A stretch of 64,000 bases of DNA, taken from contig ONDF01000008.1 of assembly GCA_900316525.1 (NCBI GenBank), positions 21,077-85,076 on the forward strand, written 5' to 3'. The stretch comes from an uncultured Bacteroidales bacterium. GTDB taxonomy: Bacteria > Bacteroidota > Bacteroidia > Bacteroidales > UBA932. Every line of letters starts with the position of its first letter. Position 1 is the first letter of the stretch. This document shows, piece by piece, positions 52,315-59,267 of the stretch. A program made the position numbers and the translations under genes. The notes below the pieces were generated by a model. The model saw only the letters and a list, made by a program, of their open reading frames with translations. It did not search any database and had not been told where the DNA came from.

Positions 52315-52547
52315 CTGTAACTCTTCGTCGGGGGCCGGTGTGCTCCTGCGGCATTCGGATTTCAGCGACAGGGGAGCAGGCGGGAAGGTGCGGTCCCGCA
52401 GGGATGACGCCGTTTGTTTGAGCGCTAGTTAGGCCCGCTTGCGGGACTAACTGAGCGAGTTTGGCGTCAAGCGCCTTCCCGCCTACGCGTACCGGCTGAA
52501 ATACGTCATGACGCAGGAGTGCACCGGCCCCCGGTGGGGGGTTACAG
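52315..52547. repeat. long imperfect-palindrome (foldback) element, copy B, inverted relative to copy A
   Basis: Outer stems ctgtaac/gttacag and cgggggccggtgtgctcctgcg/cgcaggagtgcaccggcccccg. The core 52345-52517 is the reverse complement of 47161-47335 with scattered substitutions. Confidence 0.85.
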
Positions 52548-52609
52548 CACTCTCTTTTCCTTTTTCTCGGTTTATTCTTGCGGGAATCATTTTATTTCGT
52601 AACTTTGTC

Positions 52610-52680
52610 ATTGTCATACGATGTGACAATTTTATTGCACTTCAAAGGCATCTCAGCCCATGTGAGATGCCTTTTCTATT
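52610..52680 (+). ncRNA. candidate small RNA (two hairpins, second is an intrinsic terminator)
   Basis: TAACTTTG -7 box at 52600-52607, hairpin attgtca-N7-tgacaat (52610-52630), then an 11-bp stem aaggcatctca/tgagatgcctt (52645-52673) followed by ttctatt. This could instead simply be the distal terminator of the DUF2075 transcript. Confidence 0.3.
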
Positions 52681-52752
52681 CGAAAGAGAGCCAGAGGGGA
52701 TGTAGTCTTCAAGCCGCCAGATTGCGTTTCACAAGCAATAAAATATCATCGT

Positions 52753-52916
52753 ATGAAACGAAACTGCACATCTAAAGCCGGCATGCAACTTCAAGCAGAA
52801 GTCAGAGTGCCCGTCCTTGTTCGAGTGAAATCGCATACGCGAAATCAATCGGGCAAGACAGTGAAGGTCCGTTCGTATTTCAGACGTACATGGGACACGC
52901 CTGGGATTACGATTAG
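52753..52916 (+). CDS. possible 54-aa highly basic small protein
   Basis: ATG..TAG ORF read by eye (MKRNCTSKAGMQLQAEVRVPVLVRVKSHTRNQSGKTVKVRSYFRRTWDTPGITIR). It is below the ORF-track length cutoff and is followed by a UUCG-loop hairpin at 52961-52982. No homology support. Confidence 0.2.
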
Positions 52917-53006
52917 GATCAGTACCCGATAGGGTGGTCTTCTTCCGTCCTTCTGGCTTCAGGGAGCGCTTCGGCGCTCCCTTTGTCCGTATATTCCATG
53001 ATTTGA

Positions 53007-53263
53007 GAGATGCCCGATCGGGTCGGGCATGACGGAGGCATCAGGTCGGGTCTGACGGGTCTGGCCGCGTTTACGCGAAATCGGCGTTTGGGAGGCTTCT
53101 GGGTGTAAACGCGGAGGGAGGAATGGCGGTTTTGGGCCAAAAGGGTGCCGCGTTTACACGTGGGGGGCTATGTGGGGCGGTTTTTCTGTAAACGCGTCCG
53201 GCAGACAACGCGAGATGCCCGATCAGGTCGGGCATGACGGTGGGGAACAGGTCGGGCATGACG
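53007..53263. repeat. cluster of REP-like palindromic repeats
   Basis: gagatgcccgatc(g/a)ggtcgggcatgacgg at 53007-53035 and 53212-53240, half-copies at 53042-53058 and 53248-53263, and two hairpin units gccgcgtttac(g/a)cg...gtaaacgcg (53064-53114, 53147-53196) between them. Confidence 0.7.
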
Positions 53264-53381
53264 TCCGCGGGCGGTCGGGCGGGGCGGTATCAGCCGGGCG
53301 GGGCGCTGATACTAATTTGACATTTTCTTGTAATATTTTGCTTCCCCGTAGGGGAACTTGTTGATTTCACAAAAAATTAAT

Positions 53382-53389
53382 TATCTTTG
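53382..53389 (+). promoter_or_regulatory. -7 promoter box TATCTTTG
   Basis: Matches TAnnTTTG, ~30 nt upstream of the OMP gene start. Confidence 0.45.
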
Positions 53390-53423
53390 TTTGTTTTGAT
53401 TTTGACCAAACAAGCTAGTGACC

Positions 53424-54011
53424 ATGAAAAAACTCATTGCTTTTTTGCTGTGTCTTATCGTCGTTGTGCCCGTCTTTGCCAAGAATGACAAGGACCGGAA
53501 CGAGTTTTCCGTTACGTATGGGCAGTTCACTGCTCCGCAGTTCGCCTATGTGATGGGCGAGGTGTTCGGGGTGATGTTTTCCTTGGGACATGCCTCGTTC
53601 GAGGATCCGCACATGTACGGCGCCGCGGGGATCGAGTATGTGCACTATACGAATGACTGGTTCGGCTTCGGCGGGACGGTCCTGTGCGATTATATGACGG
53701 CGAAGACTGTCAGTGTGGACAAGGACGGCAACAAGACGCCCAACGGCGATTTCAAGCTGGGCTGCCTGAGCGCGATGCCGCTGGTGAAGTTCGCGTGGCT
53801 GAACCGGGCGCACGTGGGCCTGTATTCCAAGCTGGCCGCGGGCGCGGGGCTGTTCTTCGCGAACGGCAGCGATGCGAAGGACAATATTTCGTTCGCCTTC
53901 CAGGCCACGCCCATCGGCGTGGACTTCGGCGGCGAGCAGTTCCGCGGGTTCGTGGAGGCCGGCGTCGGCTGGCAGGGCATCGTGAGCGGCGGTGTCCGCT
54001 GGATGTTCTAG
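53424..54011 (+). CDS. small outer-membrane beta-barrel (OmpW/porin-like) protein
   Basis: Signal MKKLIAFLLCLIVVVPVFA. Alternating hydrophobic beta-strand pattern, aromatic-rich, ending ...GGVRWMF. Confidence 0.65.
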   Translation: MKKLIAFLLCLIVVVPVFAKNDKDRNEFSVTYGQFTAPQFAYVMGEVFGVMFSLGHASFEDPHMYGAAGIEYVHYTNDWFGFGGTVLCDYMTAKTVSVDKDGNKTPNGDFKLGCLSAMPLVKFAWLNRAHVGLYSKLAAGAGLFFANGSDAKDNISFAFQATPIGVDFGGEQFRGFVEAGVGWQGIVSGGVRWMF

Positions 54012-54076
54012 TCCGACAGCGTTTGCAAAACCAAACCAAACCAAATACAAACCAATCAACCAATCAATCAACAACC

Positions 54077-57000
54077 ATGATTAAAATGAGAAAACTGTCT
54101 CAGCTGTTCGGACTGCTGGCGGCGCTTCTGCTCCTGCTTCCCGGACAGTCTTTCGCCCAGACCCTGCGCGTACAAGGCCAGGTGCTGGATGAGCTGGGAG
54201 AAGGTTTGATCGGAGCGGGCGTGGTCATACAAGGGACCACGACCGGAACGATCACCGACATGGACGGTAACTTCTCGCTGACCGTGCCCCAGGGGGCCAC
54301 GCTCGAGTTCTCGTGTGTGGGCTACAAGACCCTGGCGATCCCGGCGACGGCGAGGATGACTGTCAACATGGAACCCGACGCCGATGCCCTGGACGAGTCC
54401 GTGGTCATCGCGTACGGCCAGCAGAAGAAAGTGACCATCACCGGTGCGGTTTCGGCCGTGAGCGGTGAGGGACTGATGAAGTCCCCGGTGCCGAACGTCG
54501 CGAACGCCCTGCAGGGTAACCTCCCCGGCGTGTCCGCCGTGCAGCCTTCGGGTATGCCGGGCGCCGATGAACCCGTCATCCGCATCCGCGGTGTCGGATC
54601 CCTGAACAGCGCTGAGCCGCTCGTCCTCGTGGACGGCGTCGAGCGTTCCTTCTCGCAGCTGGATGCCAACGAAATCGAGAGCATCTCCGTCCTGAAGGAC
54701 GCGTCCGCGACCGCCGTGTTCGGTGTCCGCGGCGCGAACGGCGTCATCCTCGTGACCACCAAGCGCGGTTCTGTGGGCAAGGCCTCCGTGACCGCTTCCG
54801 CCAATGCCGCCGTGCAGACGATCTCGAAGTTCATCGACTTCGCCGATTCCTACACCTACGGCAAGATGTGGAACTACACCGCCATCACCGATGCGCTGCC
54901 GATGACCCAGTGGCCGGCCTCCCCGACCATCGCCGACTACACCCCGTACGCCGACACCGGCATCCGGTTCACCCAGGACGTCATGGAGCACTTCCGCCTG
55001 AACGACATGCCCCGCACGTTCCCGAACATGGACTGGATCAAGTACATCATGAACGACGCCGCGTGGCAGGAACAGGCCAATGTGAACGTGAACGGCGGTA
55101 CCGAGCGCGTCCGCTACTTCGTGTCCGCCGGCTTCCTGAACCAGGACTCCCTGTTCAAGACCTTCTCGGACAACAAGAACGAGACCTTCAACTTCCAGCG
55201 ACTGAACTACCGCGCGAACCTCGACATCGAGGTCTCCAAGCGCAGCCAGCTGTCCATCACCCTCGGCGGCCGTATGCAGAACCGCAACACGATGGGTGGC
55301 GGTGAAGGCTTCCTGTTCCGTTACCTGCAGGGCGCGACGCCCTACGCCGGCAGCGGTATCGACGAGGAAGGCCGCCACATCATCGCCGACGAGACCATCG
55401 TCGGCCAGTTCGACCGCGACGCCCTCGACAACTACTACGACCTCGGATACCAGCTTGAAAGCACCAACGTGCTGAACTTCGACATCCAGTACAAGCTGGA
55501 CATGGGCTTCCTCACCCAGGGTCTCGACTTCAAGGTGAAGGCCTCCTACAACTCCGAGTACACCGCCCGCAAGAACCGCCAGAACGGCTACGGCAACGGC
55601 GTGAAGTACGTCGCCACCCTCGTGGACGGCAAGGAAGTCCTCCGCAAGGAGAACATCACCTGGCCGCTTCCGTACAGCGAGGCCAAGTGGGGCAGCCGCA
55701 ACTGGTACACCGAAGCCAGCCTCAACTACAACCGCCGCTTCGGCAAGCACAACGTGGGCGCCCTCCTGCTCTACAACCAGAGCAAGACCTACTACCCGTG
55801 GGACTCCAACAACAGCCTGTACCAGTCCATCCCGAAGGGCTACGTCGGCCTCGTCGGCCGCGTCACCTACGACTACGACACCAAGTACCTGCTGGACTTC
55901 AACATCGGCCGCAACGGTTCCGAGAACTTCGCCCCCGGCAAGCGCTACGGCACCTTCCCGTCCGTCTCCCTGGGCTGGATCCCCTCCATGGAACCCTGGT
56001 GGCAGCCCATCGGCAACGTCATTTCCTACCTGAAGCTCCGCGGCTCCTACGGTATCGTCGGTAACGACAACACCAACGGCGCCCGCTTCCTGTACCTGCC
56101 CGGCGCCTGGCAGTTCTACACCGGCGCCACCACCGTGAACCCGCAGAACCGCGGCGCCAACTTCGGTACCTCCGGCGGCTGGCTGCAGGCCGTCAAGGAG
56201 CTCACCACCGGCAACCCGAACGTGACCTGGGAGACCGCGACGAAGATCAACGTCGGCGCCGACGTCACCTTCTTCAGCCGCCTCCACGCCTATGTGGACT
56301 TCTTCTGGGAGGACCGCAAGGATATCCTCGTGTCCAACGCCAACGCCCTCTCCGCCGTCACCTCGCTGCCCGCCAGCTACGTGAACCAGGGCCGCGTGAA
56401 GAACCACGGCTTCGAGGTCACCCTGAACTGGGAGGACCGCATCGGCAACGTCCATTACAACATCTCCCCGAACGTCTCCTTCGCCCGCAACCAGGTCATC
56501 GAGATGCTCGAGGTTCCGCCGATGTACGACTACCTGAGCCGCACCGGCCTCCCAGTGGGCCAGCGCTTCGGCTATGAGCTGTTCGAGTTCTACCAGCCCG
56601 GCACCGAAGACCGCTACCAGGACGCCTACGGCAAGCCGATGCCCGACCAGAACATCGACCTCCGCTATGGCGACTGCGTCTATGTGGACCTCAACGACGA
56701 CGGCATCATCGACCAGAACGACCAGCACCCGATCGGCTACACCGACAACCCGGAACTGACGTTCTCCCTGAACACCGGCATCCACTACAAGGGCCTCGAC
56801 TTCTCGATGCTGTGGACCGGCGCCGACCACGTGAGCCGCACCCTGAACGGCTACTTCCGCGACCAGTTCGGTTCCACGAACACCTCGGCCCTCACCCAGT
56901 GGGTCGCCGACAATTCCTGGACCACCGACAATCCGGACGCCACCCTGCCGCGTATCTCCTTCACCAACCGCGTGCACAACAACCGCGACTCCCAGGCGTG

Positions 57001-57235
57001 GATGATCAACTCCCGGTACGTCCGTCTGAAGAACGTCGAGCTCGGCTACACCTTCAACAAGCCCAAGTTCATGCCATTCTTCAACTACATCCGCGTCTTC
57101 GCCTCCGGCCAGAACCTCCTGACCTTCTCCACGTTCGACGGCAACGACCCGGAAGCCCCGGGCTCCGGCCTCGACTTCGGCGTGCGCTACCCGATGACCC
57201 GCGTCGTCAACATGGGCGTGCAAGTTAACTTCTAA
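54077..57235 (+). CDS. SusC/RagA-type TonB-dependent transporter (full length)
   Basis: True start MIKMRKLSQLFGLLAALLLLLPGQSFAQ lies within ORF 53684..57235. LRVQGQVLDELGEGLIGAGVVIQGTTTGTITDMDGNFSL, VVIAYGQQKK and IRGVGS...LVLVDGVER...VFGVRGANGVILVTTKRG. Paralogue of 16397..19579. Confidence 0.95.
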   Translation: MIKMRKLSQLFGLLAALLLLLPGQSFAQTLRVQGQVLDELGEGLIGAGVVIQGTTTGTITDMDGNFSLTVPQGATLEFSCVGYKTLAIPATARMTVNMEPDADALDESVVIAYGQQKKVTITGAVSAVSGEGLMKSPVPNVANALQGNLPGVSAVQPSGMPGADEPVIRIRGVGSLNSAEPLVLVDGVERSFSQLDANEIESISVLKDASATAVFGVRGANGVILVTTKRGSVGKASVTASANAAVQTISKFIDFADSYTYGKMWNYTAITDALPMTQWPASPTIADYTPYADTGIRFTQDVMEHFRLNDMPRTFPNMDWIKYIMNDAAWQEQANVNVNGGTERVRYFVSAGFLNQDSLFKTFSDNKNETFNFQRLNYRANLDIEVSKRSQLSITLGGRMQNRNTMGGGEGFLFRYLQGATPYAGSGIDEEGRHIIADETIVGQFDRDALDNYYDLGYQLESTNVLNFDIQYKLDMGFLTQGLDFKVKASYNSEYTARKNRQNGYGNGVKYVATLVDGKEVLRKENITWPLPYSEAKWGSRNWYTEASLNYNRRFGKHNVGALLLYNQSKTYYPWDSNNSLYQSIPKGYVGLVGRVTYDYDTKYLLDFNIGRNGSENFAPGKRYGTFPSVSLGWIPSMEPWWQPIGNVISYLKLRGSYGIVGNDNTNGARFLYLPGAWQFYTGATTVNPQNRGANFGTSGGWLQAVKELTTGNPNVTWETATKINVGADVTFFSRLHAYVDFFWEDRKDILVSNANALSAVTSLPASYVNQGRVKNHGFEVTLNWEDRIGNVHYNISPNVSFARNQVIEMLEVPPMYDYLSRTGLPVGQRFGYELFEFYQPGTEDRYQDAYGKPMPDQNIDLRYGDCVYVDLNDDGIIDQNDQHPIGYTDNPELTFSLNTGIHYKGLDFSMLWTGADHVSRTLNGYFRDQFGSTNTSALTQWVADNSWTTDNPDATLPRISFTNRVHNNRDSQAWMINSRYVRLKNVELGYTFNKPKFMPFFNYIRVFASGQNLLTFSTFDGNDPEAPGSGLDFGVRYPMTRVVNMGVQVNF

Positions 57236-57247
57236 TGCGGAACGAAT

Positions 57248-59248
57248 ATGAAAAAGATATCGAATCTCATCCTGGTGCTGGGCATCGCGTCCGCTTTCTG
57301 CTTCTCCGCGTGCGTCGACAAGTTCGCCGTCGGTGACGCCTTCCTCGAGAAGGCCCCGGGCGTGGACGTCAACATCGACACCGTGTTCACGAGCGCAGAA
57401 TACACCCGCAATTTCCTGTGGAGCGCCTATGGCCAGCTCTACTGCACCTATACGTCCGGAAACATGATGAACGGCGCGCCGATCGACGTGCTTTCCGACT
57501 CCTATCATTGCTACGTCTCCTGGGGCGGCCCCAAGCAGAGCTACTACCCGGGACTTCTGACCGAGGACGCCCAGGATACCGAGAACGGCAACTTCCAGGG
57601 CAAGTTCTCCTACTCCACCAAGACCGGCGGCCTGAACGCCGACGCCGGCGGCCGCGTCTCCATCTACGAGACTGTGCGCAAGTGCTGGCAGATCATCAAC
57701 AACATCGAGCGCGTGCCCGACATGTCCGACACCGAGAAGAGCCGTCTCCGCGGCGAGGCCTACACCATCATGGCCAGCCGTTACTATGACGCGTTCCGCA
57801 GCTTCGGCGGCCTCTGCCTTGCCCGCAAGGACTACGAGGTGGGCGAGAACCACACCTCCGGCCGCGCCACCGCGATGGAGACCGTCGAGTTCATCGACTC
57901 CCTGATCGTGTGCGCGATCAACGAGCCCGGCTTCGTGTGGAACATCTCCAACGCCGACCAGGGCCAGTGGTCCGGCCGCCTCACCCGCGCCTCCGCCCGC
58001 GCCCTGCGCGCCAAGGTGTGGATGTTCGCCGCCTCCCCGCTGTTCAACAACAAGGAGCCCTATATGGAGTACTCCGCCGACAAGGTGACCGAGTTCACCA
58101 ACATCGAGCACGTGTGGTTCGGCAAGGAGGATCCCACCCTGTGGAACCGCTGCCTCCAATACTGCGAGGACTTCTTCAATGACAACGCCGCGAACGGCAA
58201 CTACTACGCGCTGGTCCAGCCTACTTCGCAGGACGAGGCCGGTTACCGCCGGGCCTTCCGCCGCGGCTACCGTTACCGCAACGATGCGACCAACCACGAG
58301 AAGCTGTTCGACGCCCACCCGACCCTCACCCTGTCCGACGGCGGCTATGGCTGGGGCTGGAGAGGCTTCGCCCTCGACTGCCTCCGCCAGGGCGGCGCCG
58401 TGCCGACCAACGAGCTGATGGAATGCTTCGGCATGGCCGACGGCCGCAACTTCCCGTACGAGAACCTCTACGGCGCCGGCAAGAACCCGCAGGGGATCGA
58501 CATCTTCGCCGACCGTGACCCGCGCCTGTACGAGACCATCCTGGTTCCCCGCCACAACCTGCCCTCCGGCTTCGACTATGCCGGTAACTCCTACATGGAC
58601 AACTGGGTGGGCGGCGCCTTCGAGTACAACAGCAACTTCGGCAACAAGGACGATGTCGCCTCCGGCTACTGCAAGTTCAAGTGGCTGCTCGACTACTACG
58701 GCGGCAACCGCTATGACGACGAGTACATCGGCGTGCCTTACATCCGCCTGGCCGAGATGTACCTCATCCGCGCCGAGGCCAAGGCCGAGACCGGCGACCT
58801 CCGGGGCGCCCTGGACGACATCCACGTCGTGCGCAGCCGCGTCGGCCTGGGCCGTCTGGAAGTGATGAACCCGCAGCTGAACCTCACCACGAACAAGGAG
58901 AACCTGATCAACGAGATCCTCCGCGAGCGCAACTGCGAGATTGGCGCCGAGTGTGGCGACCGCCTTTACGACATGGTCCGCCGCAAGCGTCAGGACCTGT
59001 TCACCAAGCCGCTCCACGAGATCCGCATCTATCGCCTCGACGCCAATGGCAACCGCCTGACCGAAGGAAACCAGAGCTGGGATCCTGCCACGCCTTGGCC
59101 CAAGTTCGAGTATGAGAAGCCCCAGATCGTCAACGGCGCCCGCCGCTGGTGGGAGCCCGGCTTCTGGACGAACAAGTGGTATCTGGACCCGGTGTCCCGT
59201 ATCGAAGTGCAGAAGGGGTACGGCCTCACGCAGAACCCCGGTTGGTAA
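57248..59248 (+). CDS. SusD/RagB family lipoprotein
   Basis: Lipobox CFSACV. C-terminal WYLDPVSRIEVQKGYGLTQNPGW. Confidence 0.9.
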   Translation: MKKISNLILVLGIASAFCFSACVDKFAVGDAFLEKAPGVDVNIDTVFTSAEYTRNFLWSAYGQLYCTYTSGNMMNGAPIDVLSDSYHCYVSWGGPKQSYYPGLLTEDAQDTENGNFQGKFSYSTKTGGLNADAGGRVSIYETVRKCWQIINNIERVPDMSDTEKSRLRGEAYTIMASRYYDAFRSFGGLCLARKDYEVGENHTSGRATAMETVEFIDSLIVCAINEPGFVWNISNADQGQWSGRLTRASARALRAKVWMFAASPLFNNKEPYMEYSADKVTEFTNIEHVWFGKEDPTLWNRCLQYCEDFFNDNAANGNYYALVQPTSQDEAGYRRAFRRGYRYRNDATNHEKLFDAHPTLTLSDGGYGWGWRGFALDCLRQGGAVPTNELMECFGMADGRNFPYENLYGAGKNPQGIDIFADRDPRLYETILVPRHNLPSGFDYAGNSYMDNWVGGAFEYNSNFGNKDDVASGYCKFKWLLDYYGGNRYDDEYIGVPYIRLAEMYLIRAEAKAETGDLRGALDDIHVVRSRVGLGRLEVMNPQLNLTTNKENLINEILRERNCEIGAECGDRLYDMVRRKRQDLFTKPLHEIRIYRLDANGNRLTEGNQSWDPATPWPKFEYEKPQIVNGARRWWEPGFWTNKWYLDPVSRIEVQKGYGLTQNPGW

Positions 59249-59267
59249 TCTATAACACTGTACGAAT

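Noticed and set aside
47133-52547. Integron-like cassettes (long imperfect palindromes 3' of each gene resembling attC)
   Set aside because: The genes are divergent rather than co-oriented. The outer motifs do not fit the attC R''/R' consensus (RYYYAAC/GTTRRRY; gttacag fails at the RRR positions). No intI-like recombinase is visible.
47133-52547. Invertible (phase-variable) 5.4-kb segment mediated by the inverted repeats
   Set aside because: Both promoters lie inside the segment, so inversion would not switch expression. No site-specific recombinase/invertase gene is present nearby. It is kept only as a structural observation.
52919-53259. ORFs 52919..53140(-) and 53071..53259(-) (MPDLFPTVMPDLIGHL...)
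   Set aside because: They are translations of the REP-like palindromes. The repeated peptide motif mirrors the repeated DNA unit, so this is not a gene.
53007-53263. Possible CRISPR array
   Set aside because: There are only two full repeat copies plus halves. The repeats are perfect palindromes at irregular spacing, the sequence between them consists of other hairpin repeats, and no cas genes are present in the window.
54020-54076. CA-rich microsatellite-like leader (ccaaa x3, caat/caa repeats) upstream of susC as a slipped-strand phase-variation tract
   Set aside because: The repeat numbers are too low (3 units) and imperfect. A/C-rich unstructured leaders are normal upstream of Bacteroidetes genes, and a similar A/C-rich leader precedes the other susC at 16361-16396.
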